UHGV virus genome: UHGV-1514873
Reading direction: 5' to 3' (one strand)
Length of the DNA: 60,731 bases
DNA from: a virus
A program made the translations under genes and the position numbers. The stretch's first letter is position 1; each line of letters begins with the position of its first letter. Below, piece after piece: positions 40,375-51,047 of the stretch. Below the pieces are notes generated by a model. The model searched no databases. It had not been told where the DNA came from and was given only the letters and a program-made list of their open reading frames with translations.

Positions 40375-41002
40375 TGTACCGCTGAGTCTGAAATCTGTCA
40401 GTGACTCCGGTGAGTTTGAAGGGTATGGCTCCGTCTTTGGTGTAAAGGACAGCCACGATGATGTGGTGATGTCCGGGGCATTTGCTGCTTCCCTGCGGGT
40501 GTGGAGTGACAGAAAAGCGTTACCTGCGCTGCTCTGGCAGCACCGCATGGATGAGCCCATCGGTGTTTACACTGAAATGAAGGAAGACGATGTCGGGCTT
40601 TACGTCAGGGGGCGGTTGCTCATTGATGATGATCCCCTGGCAAAACGCGCACATGCACACATGAAGGCCGGTTCGTTAACCGGCCTTTCTATTGGGTACG
40701 TCCTGAAGGACTGGGAATACGACCGGACGAAAGAAGCCTTTCTGCTGAAAGAAATCGACCTCTGGGAAGTCAGTCTGGTGACGTTCCCGTCTAACGACGA
40801 AGCGCGGATCAGCGACGTCAAGAACGCACTGGCCCGCGGGGAAATCCCCGAACAGAAAAAAATCGAAAGAGTCCTGCGTGATGTCGGACTCTCCCGTTCC
40901 CAGGCCAAAGCATTCATGGCCGGGGGCTATGGCGCACTGTCCCTGCGCGACGCTGAGGATGTGGGCTCTGCACTGAATGCACTGAAAAATCTGAACTTCT
41001 AA
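40352..41002 (+). CDS. prohead protease, HK97 family
   Basis: Between portal and capsid; alternative start ATG 40316. Confidence 0.8.
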   Translation: MQTKQRLDVPLSLKSVSDSGEFEGYGSVFGVKDSHDDVVMSGAFAASLRVWSDRKALPALLWQHRMDEPIGVYTEMKEDDVGLYVRGRLLIDDDPLAKRAHAHMKAGSLTGLSIGYVLKDWEYDRTKEAFLLKEIDLWEVSLVTFPSNDEARISDVKNALARGEIPEQKKIERVLRDVGLSRSQAKAFMAGGYGALSLRDAEDVGSALNALKNLNF

Positions 41003-41016
41003 TCAGGAGAAATACG

Positions 41017-42222
41017 ATGGCGGTTGATATTAAAGATGTCGAACAGGTCGCGCAGGAGCTGCAGCAGAAGTTTGACGACTTCAAAGCAAAGAACGACAAG
41101 CGCGTGGATGCGATTGAGCAGGAAAAAGGCAAACTTGCCGGGCAGGTGGAAACCCTGAACGGGAAACTCAGCGAGCTGGAAAACCTCAAAAGCGATCTTG
41201 AAAAAGAGCTGCTTGAGCTGAAACGTCCGGCAGGTGGTGCGCAAAATAAACTGGCCACCGAGCATAAAGAAGCGTTTGTGGGCTTCCTGCGTAAAGGCCG
41301 TGAAGATGGTCTGCGCGATCTGGAGCGCAAGGCATTGCAGGTGGGCACCGATGAAGACGGTGGCTACGCCGTGCCGGAAGAACTGGATCGCAACATTCTT
41401 AACCTGCTGAAAGATGAAGTGGTGATGCGTCAGGAAGCCACGGTGATCACCGTTGGCGGTTCCGACTACAAAAAACTGGTGAATCTGGGCGGTACGGCTT
41501 CCGGATGGGTGGGGGAAACGGATACGCGATCCCAGACTGCCACCTCCAGACTGGAGCTGATTGAACCTCTCATGGGGGAAATCTACGGCAACCCGCAGGC
41601 TACCCAGAAAATGCTGGACGATGCCTTCTTCAACGTGGAGGCCTGGATCAACAGCGAGCTGGCAACCGAATTTGCCGAACAGGAAGAAATTGCCTTTACC
41701 ACCGGCGATGGTACCAAGAAGCCGAAAGGGTTCCTGGCGTATGAATCCACGGATGAAACCGATAAGGTCCGGGCGTTCGGCAAACTTCAGCATATTGTAT
41801 CCGGCGACGCGACGGCGGTGACCGCAGACGCCATTATCAAACTGATTTACACGCTGCGTAAGGCACACCGCACAGGCGCGAAGTTCATGATGAACAACAA
41901 CAGCCTGTTTGCCATCCGTCTGCTGAAAGACAGCGAGGGTAACTATCTGTGGCGTCCGGGGCTGGAGCTGGGGCAGCCGTCCTCTCTGGCGGGGTACGGT
42001 ATCGCTGAAAACGAACAGATGCCGGATATCGCCGCTGATGCGAAAGCCATTGCATTTGGTAACTTCAAACGGGGTTACACCATCGTTGACCGTATCGGCA
42101 CCCGCATTCTGCGTGACCCGTACACCAATAAACCGTTTGTCGGTTTTTATACCACCAAGCGCACCGGCGGGATGCTGGTCGATTCGCAGGCCATCAAACT
42201 GCTGAAGATTGCAGCGGCGTAA
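41017..42222 (+). CDS. major capsid protein, HK97 family
   Basis: 401 aa with N-terminal coiled-coil delta-like domain then capsid fold. Confidence 0.9.
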   Translation: MAVDIKDVEQVAQELQQKFDDFKAKNDKRVDAIEQEKGKLAGQVETLNGKLSELENLKSDLEKELLELKRPAGGAQNKLATEHKEAFVGFLRKGREDGLRDLERKALQVGTDEDGGYAVPEELDRNILNLLKDEVVMRQEATVITVGGSDYKKLVNLGGTASGWVGETDTRSQTATSRLELIEPLMGEIYGNPQATQKMLDDAFFNVEAWINSELATEFAEQEEIAFTTGDGTKKPKGFLAYESTDETDKVRAFGKLQHIVSGDATAVTADAIIKLIYTLRKAHRTGAKFMMNNNSLFAIRLLKDSEGNYLWRPGLELGQPSSLAGYGIAENEQMPDIAADAKAIAFGNFKRGYTIVDRIGTRILRDPYTNKPFVGFYTTKRTGGMLVDSQAIKLLKIAAA

Positions 42223-42271
42223 TCACTCAGGGGCGCGGAACCGCGCCCCCTGTTCTGACGGGTGAAGAATC

Positions 42272-42472
42272 ATGATCCTGAAACAAGATCTGAAATGGTC
42301 ACCGGACGGTATGCGTGTTGAGGTCATTCGGGCCGGTGAGTATGACGATGGGGCGCTTCCTGCCCGGGTGCAGGAGATTGCACTTCAGGCCGGGTTAGCA
42401 GAGCGCGGAACCAGTGCAAAAAGCAGTAAAGCGACAAAAGAGAAAAAAGCCACGACCAGTAAAGAGGGCTGA
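42272..42472 (+). CDS. hypothetical small head-associated protein
   Basis: 66-aa ORF after capsid gene. Confidence 0.4.
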   Translation: MILKQDLKWSPDGMRVEVIRAGEYDDGALPARVQEIALQAGLAERGTSAKSSKATKEKKATTSKEG

Positions 42473-42474
42473 GT

Positions 42475-42798
42475 ATGCTTCTGACAATGGAAGAGATTAA
42501 AGCCCAACTCCGGCTGGATGAGGATTTCGATGCTGATGACCGCCATCTGCAACTGCTGGCCTGTGCGGCGCAAAAGCGGACGGAAACGTATCTGAACCGG
42601 AAGCTCTATGCACCGGATGAAACCATTCCGGACAGTGATCCAGACGGGCTGTACCTGCCGGATGATATTCGCCTGGGGATGCTGATGCTTATCAGCCATT
42701 TTTACGAAAACCGCTCGTCGGTTACGGAAGTGGAGAAACTCGACATGCCGCAGAGTTTTGGCTGGCTTGTCGGCCCGTACAGGTACTTTCCGCAATGA
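42475..42798 (+). CDS. head-tail connector (gp6-like)
   Basis: Size and position. Confidence 0.6.
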   Translation: MLLTMEEIKAQLRLDEDFDADDRHLQLLACAAQKRTETYLNRKLYAPDETIPDSDPDGLYLPDDIRLGMLMLISHFYENRSSVTEVEKLDMPQSFGWLVGPYRYFPQ

Positions 42799-43205
42799 AA
42801 ATTCGTCAGGCGCAGACCAGCGCAACCTACATTCTGCCGGACCCCGGTGAACTGAATAAACGCGTCCTGATCCGCCAGCGGGTGGATATGCCCGCGGATA
42901 ACTTTGGTGTGGAGTCTCAATACCCGGTTACGTTCCGGACATGGGCGAAGGTTATCCAGACCAGTGCCACCACCTGGCAGGAAACCGCGCAGACCGGGGA
43001 CGCCATCACCCATTACATCACCATTCGCTACCGCCGGGGGATCACTGCTGATTATGAGGTGGTCTGTGATGACAGTGTGTACCGGGTGAAACGTCAGCGC
43101 GATCTGAACGGGGCGCGGCGCTTTCTGCTGCTGGAGTGTACGGAGCTGGGCGAATGTAGGCAGAGTCACGGAGGCAGCAATGGCGACTCCCTTTTTTCAC
43201 GTTGA
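42795..43205 (+). CDS. head closure / head-tail adaptor protein
   Basis: Size and position. Confidence 0.55.
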   Translation: MKIRQAQTSATYILPDPGELNKRVLIRQRVDMPADNFGVESQYPVTFRTWAKVIQTSATTWQETAQTGDAITHYITIRYRRGITADYEVVCDDSVYRVKRQRDLNGARRFLLLECTELGECRQSHGGSNGDSLFSR

Positions 43206-43686
43206 TGTTCAGCAGCCCGCCGAGATGCGCTTTAACCGCGCCCGTGTCCGGCGGGCGTTTGTCACGATTGGGCAGCGTCATATGCGTGATGCCCGTCGGC
43301 TGGTGATGCGCCGTGCGCGGTCGGCACCGGGTGAAAACCCCGGTTATCAGACCGGACGCCTGGCTCGTTCGATTGGTTATATGGTGCCGAGAGCCAGTAA
43401 AAAGCGAGCCGGTTTTATGACACGCATTGCCCCTAACCAGCGCAACGGGAAGGGGAACCGGATGATCTCTGGTGACTTCTATCCGGCGTTTCTGTTTTTT
43501 GGTGTCCGGGGAGGAGCAAAACGTCGTCGTAGTCATCATCGTGGTGCATCCGGTGGCAGCGGCTGGCGACTGGCTCCACGTAATAACTTCATGGTGGAAA
43601 CTCTTGAAAAGAACCGCAGCTGGACACGCTATTTTCTGGCGCGGGAATTGCGTAAATCACTGAAGCCGGAGCGACGACACAGATGA
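43180..43686 (+). CDS. HK97 gp10-like tail-completion protein
   Basis: Arg-rich 168-aa protein in neck module. Confidence 0.55.
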   Translation: MATPFFHVDVQQPAEMRFNRARVRRAFVTIGQRHMRDARRLVMRRARSAPGENPGYQTGRLARSIGYMVPRASKKRAGFMTRIAPNQRNGKGNRMISGDFYPAFLFFGVRGGAKRRRSHHRGASGGSGWRLAPRNNFMVETLEKNRSWTRYFLARELRKSLKPERRHR

Positions 43687-44243
43687 AACTGACGCCTGTT
43701 ATTGCTGCGCTGCGTGCCCGCTGCCCGTATTTTGAAAACCGGGTGGCAGGCGCGGCACAGTTCAAAAATCTGCCGGAGGTCGGAAAGCTGAGACTCCCGG
43801 CGGCGTATGTGGTACCGGGTGATGACTCTCCGGGAGAAAACAAAAGCCAGACCGACTACTGGCAGGAGCTGAAAGAGGGCTTCTCCGTGGTTGTCATACT
43901 GAGTAACGGGCGTGATGAGCGCGGTCAGTTTGCCTCGTATGATGTGGTGGACGATGTCCGGCAGATGCTCTTTAAGGCCCTGCTGGGCTGGAACCCGGAA
44001 GCGTGCGGTAACCCGATTACCTATGACGGCGGCACGCTGCTGGATCTGAATCGTCATGAGCTGATTTATCAGTTCGATTTTTCGGTCATCAGCGAGCTGA
44101 CTGAAGACGATACCCGCCAGCAGGATGATCTGAACAGTCTGGATGAACTGCAAACGCTGGCGATTGATGTTGATTATCTCGAGCCCGGTAACGGGCCTGA
44201 CGGCGATATCGAACATCACACCGAAATAACCCTTCCTTCCTGA
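43683..44243 (+). CDS. neck / tail-terminator-like protein (Mu-like)
   Basis: Position before sheath gene. Confidence 0.45.
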   Translation: MKLTPVIAALRARCPYFENRVAGAAQFKNLPEVGKLRLPAAYVVPGDDSPGENKSQTDYWQELKEGFSVVVILSNGRDERGQFASYDVVDDVRQMLFKALLGWNPEACGNPITYDGGTLLDLNRHELIYQFDFSVISELTEDDTRQQDDLNSLDELQTLAIDVDYLEPGNGPDGDIEHHTEITLPS

Positions 44244-44251
44244 GGATCCTC

Positions 44252-44422
44252 ATGTTTGTCAAACCTGTTAAAGGGCGGTCAGTTCCTGACCCTGCCCGCG
44301 GCGACCTTTTGCCCGTCGAAGGGCGAAATGTTGACGAGAACAACTACTGGCTGCGCCGTGAAGCAGCGGGTGATATCCGGCGCGTGAATAAAAAGGTGAA
44401 CACCGATGACGATAAGCTTTAA
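44252..44422 (+). CDS. small conserved protein upstream of sheath (below ORF-track cutoff)
   Basis: 56-aa ORF found by manual translation, overlapping sheath start. Confidence 0.4.
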   Translation: MFVKPVKGRSVPDPARGDLLPVEGRNVDENNYWLRREAAGDIRRVNKKVNTDDDKL

Positions 44423-45902
44423 CACCATTCCGTCGAATACGCTGGTTCCGCTGTTTTATGCGGAAATGGATAACCAGGCGGCGAATACTGCACAGGACAG
44501 CGGAGCATCGCTGCTGATTGGTCATGCCAATAACGGTGCAGAGATTGTTGCCAACAGTCTGGTACTGATGCCGTCGGCAGACTATGCACGCCAGATTTGT
44601 GGTGCGGGAAGTCAGCTGGCGCGTATGGTCGAGGCTTATCGCCAGACCGACCCCTTTGGCGAGCTGTATGTGATTGCCGTTCCGGAAGCCACAGGCGCGG
44701 CGGCAACGGTTACGCTGACGGTGACCGGAGCAGCAACCGAAACCGGCACGGTGAATGTTTATGTGGGACGTACCCGCGTGCAGGCACCGGTGACCAACGG
44801 CGATAACGTCACGACGATTGCCAGCAGTATCCAGGATGCCATCAATGCCGTTCCGGCCCTGCCGTTTACGGCCTCATCTTCGGCAGGCGTGGTCACACTG
44901 ACCGCGCGTCATAAGGGGCTTTGCGGGAATGAAATTCCTGTCAGCCTCAATTACTACGGCTTTGGTGGGGGCGAAGTGCTGCCAGCGGGCGTACAGATTG
45001 CTGTGGCGACGGGTACCGCCGGAACGGGCGCTCCTGTTCTCACCGGTGCGGTGGCTGCAATGGCGGATGAGCCGTTTGATTATATCGGTCTGCCGTTCAA
45101 CGACACGGCCTCCGTTAACACGCTGGTGACCGAGATGAACGATACCAGCGGTCGCTGGAGCTATGCGCGTCAGCTGTATGGTCATGTGTATACGGCAAAG
45201 ATCGGCACGCTGTCAGAACTGGTGACCGCAGGTGACCAGTTTAACCAGCAGCACATTACCCTGGCGGGGTACGAAAAAGACACCCAGACGCCTGCCGATG
45301 AGCTGGCGGCAAGCCGTACCGCCCGCGCAGCGGTGTTTATTCGCAACGATCCGGCACGTCCCACGCAGACCGGTGAGCTGGTGGGTATGCTGCCTGCGCC
45401 GAAGGGGAAACGGTTCACGATGACCGAACAACAGACCCTGCTGTCTCATGGCGTGGCAACGGCGTATGTCGAAAGCGGGGTACTGCGCATTCAGCGTGAT
45501 GTCACCACGTACAGGAAAAACGCTTACGGGGTTGCGGATAACAGCTACCTCGACAGCGAGACGCTGCATACCAGCGCGTATGTACTGCGCAAACTGAAAT
45601 CCGTCATTACCAGTAAGTACGGGCGTCACAAGCTTGCCAGTGACGGTACCCGCTTTGGTCCCGGTCAGGCGATTGTCACCCCGGCGGTGATCAAAGGGGA
45701 ACTGCTGGCAACCTACCGTCAGCTTGAGCGAGCGGGGATCGTGGAAAACTACGAACTGTTTAAGCAGTACCTGGTTTTGGAGCGTGATGCCAGCGATCCG
45801 AACCGCCTGAACACGCTGTTCCCGCCTGACTATGTTAACCAGTTGCGTGTCTTTGCCGTGGTTAACCAGTTCCGTCTTCAGTATTCAGAGGAGTCTGCAT
45901 AA
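44406..45902 (+). CDS. contractile tail sheath protein
   Basis: 498 aa; Mu gpL-like position before tube gene. Confidence 0.85.
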   Translation: MTISFNTIPSNTLVPLFYAEMDNQAANTAQDSGASLLIGHANNGAEIVANSLVLMPSADYARQICGAGSQLARMVEAYRQTDPFGELYVIAVPEATGAAATVTLTVTGAATETGTVNVYVGRTRVQAPVTNGDNVTTIASSIQDAINAVPALPFTASSSAGVVTLTARHKGLCGNEIPVSLNYYGFGGGEVLPAGVQIAVATGTAGTGAPVLTGAVAAMADEPFDYIGLPFNDTASVNTLVTEMNDTSGRWSYARQLYGHVYTAKIGTLSELVTAGDQFNQQHITLAGYEKDTQTPADELAASRTARAAVFIRNDPARPTQTGELVGMLPAPKGKRFTMTEQQTLLSHGVATAYVESGVLRIQRDVTTYRKNAYGVADNSYLDSETLHTSAYVLRKLKSVITSKYGRHKLASDGTRFGPGQAIVTPAVIKGELLATYRQLERAGIVENYELFKQYLVLERDASDPNRLNTLFPPDYVNQLRVFAVVNQFRLQYSEESA

Positions 45903-46258
45903 TGGCCCGTATCGGGGGAACCTGTTATTTCAAAATTGACGGTCAGCAGCTATCGCTGACCGGCGGCATTGAGGTGCCCATGAACAGGACGGTCAATGAT
46001 GACATCATCGGCCTGGACGGTTCAGTGGACCGCAAGGAAACTCACCGTGCGCCTTATGTCAAAGGGACCTTCAAGGTGCCGAAGAATTTTCCGGTGAGCA
46101 AAATCACCTCGTCTGATGAGATGACCATCACTGCCGAGCTGGCGAACGGTCAGGTCTATGTATTGTCGTCCGCCTGGCTGCACGGTGAAGCGAACCATAA
46201 TGCCGAAGAAGGCACGGTTGATCTTGAGTTCCACGGTGAAGAAGGGGATTACCAGTGA
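45902..46258 (+). CDS. tail tube protein
   Basis: 118 aa, immediately after sheath. Confidence 0.8.
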   Translation: MARIGGTCYFKIDGQQLSLTGGIEVPMNRTVNDDIIGLDGSVDRKETHRAPYVKGTFKVPKNFPVSKITSSDEMTITAELANGQVYVLSSAWLHGEANHNAEEGTVDLEFHGEEGDYQ

Positions 46259-46578
46259 TTGAGCTTGTACTTAAAAAACCGATCATCGCCCACAAAGAAA
46301 CACTGCATGTGCTGGAAATACGTGAGCCTACGTATGACGAGATTGAGGCGCTGGGGTTCCCTTTCTCTGTTTCGCCTGATGGTGGTATGAAAATGGACAG
46401 TCAGGTGGCGCTGAAATATATCCCGCTTCTGGCCGGGATCCCGCGCTCGTCTGCAGCGCAGATGACGAAGCTGGATATTTTCAAGGCAGGCATGATTGTA
46501 ATGCGTTTTTTTACCGGCTTGGAGACGGAAGAGACCTCCGGAAGCGATTCTACAATGTCGCGTGGTTCTGGAAATTAA
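46255..46578 (+). CDS. tail assembly chaperone with predicted -1 frameshift extension to 46670
   Basis: Slippery T_TTT_TTT at 46506-46512; -1 frame stays open to TGA 46668-46670 overlapping tape-measure start. Confidence 0.7.
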   Translation: MIELVLKKPIIAHKETLHVLEIREPTYDEIEALGFPFSVSPDGGMKMDSQVALKYIPLLAGIPRSSAAQMTKLDIFKAGMIVMRFFTGLETEETSGSDSTMSRGSGN

Positions 46579-46662
46579 ACCCCCTTGAACTTCGCCGGAC
46601 GGCTATTTCCCACTTTGCTGATCTGGAGGCAGAGGCTGTCCGTATAAATGAGGAGATGAAGC

Positions 46663-48570
46663 ATGGCTGATAATTTTCAGCTGAAAGCCATCATCACCGC
46701 TGTTGACAGGCTGTCCGGCCCGCTTAAAGGTATGCAGCGTCAGCTTAAGGGATTTCAGAAAGAAGTCTCCAGCCTTGCTCTGGGCGCTGCCGGGGCGGGT
46801 ACTGCAATAATGGGGGCACTGGCACTCCCTGTAAAATCAGCCATCACCCTTGAATCGAAGATGGCTGATGTCCGCAAAGTGGTGGACGGTCTGGATACGC
46901 CGGATGCGTTTAAGGCCATGACGGAGCAGGTACGCGCTTTGTCTACTGAGCTTCCCATGTCTGCAGACGGGATCGCGGAAATTGTGGCGGCTGGCGGTCA
47001 GGCCGGGATTGCACGTGATGAACTGATGCAGTTTGCCACTGATGCGGTGAAGATGGGCGTGGCCTTTGATACCACGGCTGAAGAGTCCGGGCAGATGATG
47101 GCCCAGTGGCGTACTGCGTTTAATATGACGCAGGATGAAGTGGCCGGGCTGGCTGACAAAATCAACTACCTTGGTAATACCGGCCCGGCGAACGCGAAGA
47201 AAATCTCCGATATTGTTACGCGTATTGGTCCTTTAGGTGGTGTTGCAGGTGTGGCTTCCGGCGAAATCGCGGCAATGGGGGCAACCATTGCCGGGATGGG
47301 CGTGGAGTCAGAAATTGCCGCCACAGGGATCAAGAACTTCATGCTTTCCCTGACCGCGGGAAATTCTGCGACAAAATCGCAGAAACAGGCATTGCGTTTT
47401 CTGCGGATCAATCCGAAGAAATTAGCTGCTGATATGCAGAAAGATGCCCGGGGCACCATGCTGTCTGTACTGGATGCGATGGCTAAAGTGCCTAAAGAAA
47501 AACAGGCAGCTGTGCTGAATGCCCTGTTCGGGAAAGAGTCTCTGGGCGCGATAGCACCTCTGCTGACTAACCTTGATTTGTTGCGTACCAACTTCAGGCG
47601 GGTTGCGGATTCCCAGCAGTATGGCAGTTCGATGCAGAAGGAATATGCTTCGAGGGCAGCGACGACGGAAAACCAGCTTTTACTTCTGCAAAATCAACTT
47701 GATGCCATTTCTTCCACGCTGGGGGAAACGTTTCTTCCTGAGGTTAATGATGGTCTTGAAGCGGTAAAACCGCTCCTTGAGGAAGTGAGAACGTTTGTCC
47801 GTGAAAACCCGGAGCTCGTTAAGACCATTGCTAAAATCGGTCTGGCTTTACTGACAGTGGGGGCCGCTGCAGGCTCTTTGTCCAGAATCATGAAAGTTCT
47901 CGACGGTGTGATGAATATGACGCCTGCTAAGGGGCTGATTGCTCTTCTGGTTGGTGGCGCTTACCTCATTATTGATAATTGGGAAACCGTAGGCCCTGTC
48001 ATAAAAAAAGTCTGGCACGTGGTGGATGAAACGGCGCAGGTGATGGGGGGATGGGAAACTGTTCTGAAAGCGATTGCCCTGTTTATGGCAACCAAATGGG
48101 TTGCTGACGTTACCAAATCCATTACCGCAGTGACCAGAGAGATGCGTACGCTGGGGAAGGTATCGGCAGAAACGGGATTGATGGGGAAAGGCCGCGGCTT
48201 TATCGGGAAGGCCGGGGTATATGGTTTTTTGGGAACCCTGATGTATGAGCCGGTTAAAGATACTCTGGAAAGTGTTGTTCCTGAAGATACGGTTAACTGG
48301 CTGGATAATAAAGGGCTGTTTCTGGCTTCAGACTGGACGCCTTTTTTTGATCGTAAAGAGTACGAGCAGTATCAGGCCAGCCTGAGCCAGTACAAACCCA
48401 ATGTTCCGCTGTTGAATCCATCTTCTTCCATGACACAGCACAGCGAGCTGAAAGTCACGTTCGAGAATGCTCCGCCAGGTATGAAGATAATTGATGTACC
48501 GGGCAAAGCCGATCCCCTGATGAAAATCACGCACGATGTGGGGTATTCCCCTTTTCGTTTTCCACGATAA
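46663..48570 (+). CDS. tail tape measure protein
   Basis: 635 aa, Ala/Gly-rich helical with hydrophobic segments. Confidence 0.9.
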   Translation: MADNFQLKAIITAVDRLSGPLKGMQRQLKGFQKEVSSLALGAAGAGTAIMGALALPVKSAITLESKMADVRKVVDGLDTPDAFKAMTEQVRALSTELPMSADGIAEIVAAGGQAGIARDELMQFATDAVKMGVAFDTTAEESGQMMAQWRTAFNMTQDEVAGLADKINYLGNTGPANAKKISDIVTRIGPLGGVAGVASGEIAAMGATIAGMGVESEIAATGIKNFMLSLTAGNSATKSQKQALRFLRINPKKLAADMQKDARGTMLSVLDAMAKVPKEKQAAVLNALFGKESLGAIAPLLTNLDLLRTNFRRVADSQQYGSSMQKEYASRAATTENQLLLLQNQLDAISSTLGETFLPEVNDGLEAVKPLLEEVRTFVRENPELVKTIAKIGLALLTVGAAAGSLSRIMKVLDGVMNMTPAKGLIALLVGGAYLIIDNWETVGPVIKKVWHVVDETAQVMGGWETVLKAIALFMATKWVADVTKSITAVTREMRTLGKVSAETGLMGKGRGFIGKAGVYGFLGTLMYEPVKDTLESVVPEDTVNWLDNKGLFLASDWTPFFDRKEYEQYQASLSQYKPNVPLLNPSSSMTQHSELKVTFENAPPGMKIIDVPGKADPLMKITHDVGYSPFRFPR

Positions 48571-48594
48571 CGCAGTCCTTTTTGAGGTCAGTCT

Positions 48595-49971
48595 ATGGAT
48601 TTATCCTCATTTCCCACCCGACCTTCATTACTTTCGTCGTCTTCAGGCTGGCGTGACAGACTTCAGGACGCGTCATTTCGCGGCGTGCCGTTTAAGGTTG
48701 AAGAAGAAAGTGCGGGAACCGGTCGCCGTGTGGAAACACATGAATACCCGAACCGCGACAAACCCTATACCGAAGACCTGGGGAAAATCACTTTTCGCCC
48801 GTCCATCACGGCTTATGTGGTGGGAGATGACTGCTTTGACCAGCGCGATCGCCTGATTGACGCGCTGAATAAACCCGGTCCCGGCACGCTTGTCCATCCG
48901 ACATACGGCGAGCTGAAAGTCTGTGTTGACGGAGAAGTTCGGGTCAGCACATCGAAGAGTGAAGGGCGTATTGTCCGCTTTGACCTGAAGTTTGTCGAAG
49001 CGGGAGAACTCTCTTACCCCACATCAGGTGCGGCGACGGCGCAGACGCTGATGTCATCCTGTTCTGCACTGGATGACTGCATCAGTGACAGCTTCAGCGG
49101 TTTCAGTATCGATGGTGTGGCGGATTTCGTGCAGAACGACGTTATCGGTAATGCCAGCATAATGCTGGGGTATGTTTCTGATGCGATGAAAGTGGTGGAT
49201 TCTGCCGTATCGGATGCCGCCAGGCTGTTGCAGGGGGATATCTCGGTACTTCTGCCGCCGCCATCGTCAGGCAAAAATTTCGTTGAGCAGGTGCAGAAAA
49301 TGTGGCGTACCGGGAAACGCCTTTATGGTAACGCCAGCGACCTGGTCACCATGATCAAAACGCTTTCCGGTGTCAGCCTCGGCAGCGATCTGCAACCGCG
49401 CGGCGTCTGGAAAACGGACAGTAAAACCACCGCCACGGCGACGCAGCAGCGTAACGTGGTTGCCAGCACCCTTCGTACGACCGCAATCAGCGAAGCGGCG
49501 TATGCCGTCACCCGATTGCCTGCGCCAACAACTTCCGCGGTGATGCAGAATGCCGCAGTGGGGCAGGCAACAACACCCGCGCAGAGCACTGGCTGGCCTT
49601 CCGTCACGCATCCGGCACTGAACAATGCACCGGCGGTGAAAAACACGGTTGACCTGCCGACGTGGGAAGAACTGACTGACATTCGCGACACACTGAATAC
49701 GGCAATTGATAAGGAGTTGTCCCGTACAACCAGCGATGCGCTGTTTCTGGCGCTGCGCCGGGTGAAAGCAGATCTGAATGCGGATATCAACACGCGCCTT
49801 GAACAGTCTGCACGGATCATTCAGCGCACACCGGATGAGGTTTTACCCGCGCTGGTGCTGGCGGCGACCTGGTTTGATAACGCGGCGCGTGACGCGGACA
49901 TTATCCGGCGTAATGCCATTACGCATCCCGGCTTTGTGCCGGTGATCCCTCTGAAGGTGCCAGTGCAATGA
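48595..49971 (+). CDS. Mu gpN-like DNA circularisation / tail protein
   Basis: 458 aa after tape measure. Confidence 0.7.
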   Translation: MDLSSFPTRPSLLSSSSGWRDRLQDASFRGVPFKVEEESAGTGRRVETHEYPNRDKPYTEDLGKITFRPSITAYVVGDDCFDQRDRLIDALNKPGPGTLVHPTYGELKVCVDGEVRVSTSKSEGRIVRFDLKFVEAGELSYPTSGAATAQTLMSSCSALDDCISDSFSGFSIDGVADFVQNDVIGNASIMLGYVSDAMKVVDSAVSDAARLLQGDISVLLPPPSSGKNFVEQVQKMWRTGKRLYGNASDLVTMIKTLSGVSLGSDLQPRGVWKTDSKTTATATQQRNVVASTLRTTAISEAAYAVTRLPAPTTSAVMQNAAVGQATTPAQSTGWPSVTHPALNNAPAVKNTVDLPTWEELTDIRDTLNTAIDKELSRTTSDALFLALRRVKADLNADINTRLEQSARIIQRTPDEVLPALVLAATWFDNAARDADIIRRNAITHPGFVPVIPLKVPVQ

Positions 49972-51047
49972 ACGACAATGTCACGCTACGGGTAAATGGC
50001 CGGGAGTGGAATGGCTGGACATCGGTGCGCATCGGTGCCGGTATTGAACGGCTGGCGCGGGATTTCAGTGTGGAGATCACCCGCCAGTGGCCGGGAGATG
50101 AGGGTATTACCACGCTTCAGTCGCGCATTAAAAACGGTTCAAAAGTGGAGGTGCTGATTGGTGATGAGCTGGTGATCACCGGCTGGGTGGAGGCGACGCC
50201 CGTTCGTTACGATGCCCGTTCGGTCAGCACCGGTATTGCCGGACGCAGTCTGACCGCTGACCTGATTGACTGTGCAGCCGAACCGACACAGTTTAACGGA
50301 CGATCGCTGGTACAGATTGCGCAGGCGCTTGCTGCGCCTTTCGGCATTGAGGTGGTGAACAGCGGTGCGCCGTCGGGTGTTATTCCTGATGTTCAGCCTG
50401 ATCACGGTGAAACGGTGATTGAGGTAATCAACAAAATACTCGGTCAGCAGCAGGCACTGGCTTACGACGACCCGCACGGCAGGCTGGTGATTGGCGGTAT
50501 TGGCTCAACGCGGGCACATACTGCGCTGGTACTCGGGGAAAACATCCTTTCCTGCGATACGGAGAAGAGTATCCGGGAGCGGTTTTCTGTTTACCAGGTG
50601 GCGGGGCAGCGTGCCGGAAACGACGATGATTTCGGTGAGGCCACCACCACCGCGCTGCGGGCCCGCACAGAGGACGCATTTATTGCCCGTTACCGTCCGA
50701 TGTATATCAGGCAGACAGGGCAGGCTACGGGGGCAGGCTGTATTGCGCGTGCTGACTTTGAAGCCCGGCAACGGGCGGCGCGGACGGATGAAACCACCTA
50801 TGTGGTGCAGGGCTGGCGACAGGGTAACGGTACGCTGTGGCAGCCCAACCAGCGGGTGATTGTCTTTGATCCGGTCTGTGGTTTCGACAATACCGAACTG
50901 CTTGTTTCGGAAGTCACGTTTACTCAGGACCAGAACGGCACCCTGACGGAAATCCGTGTCGGCCCGCCTGATGCTTATCTGCCTGAACCCGAAGCCCCCG
51001 GCGCGCGGAAAAAGAAAAAAGCCAGAGTACAGGAGGACCCGTTCTGA
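49968..51047 (+). CDS. baseplate hub protein (Mu gpP-like)
   Basis: 359 aa; position. Confidence 0.7.
   Translation: MNDNVTLRVNGREWNGWTSVRIGAGIERLARDFSVEITRQWPGDEGITTLQSRIKNGSKVEVLIGDELVITGWVEATPVRYDARSVSTGIAGRSLTADLIDCAAEPTQFNGRSLVQIAQALAAPFGIEVVNSGAPSGVIPDVQPDHGETVIEVINKILGQQQALAYDDPHGRLVIGGIGSTRAHTALVLGENILSCDTEKSIRERFSVYQVAGQRAGNDDDFGEATTTALRARTEDAFIARYRPMYIRQTGQATGAGCIARADFEARQRAARTDETTYVVQGWRQGNGTLWQPNQRVIVFDPVCGFDNTELLVSEVTFTQDQNGTLTEIRVGPPDAYLPEPEAPGARKKKKARVQEDPF

Noticed and set aside
40999-41868. 289-aa minus-strand ORF inside the major capsid gene
   Set aside because: Antisense shadow ORF of the capsid gene; no RBS or independent support.
48536-48856. 106-aa + strand ORF bridging tape-measure end and the next tail gene
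   Set aside because: Out of frame with both neighbours and fully overlapped by them; W/R-rich translation.
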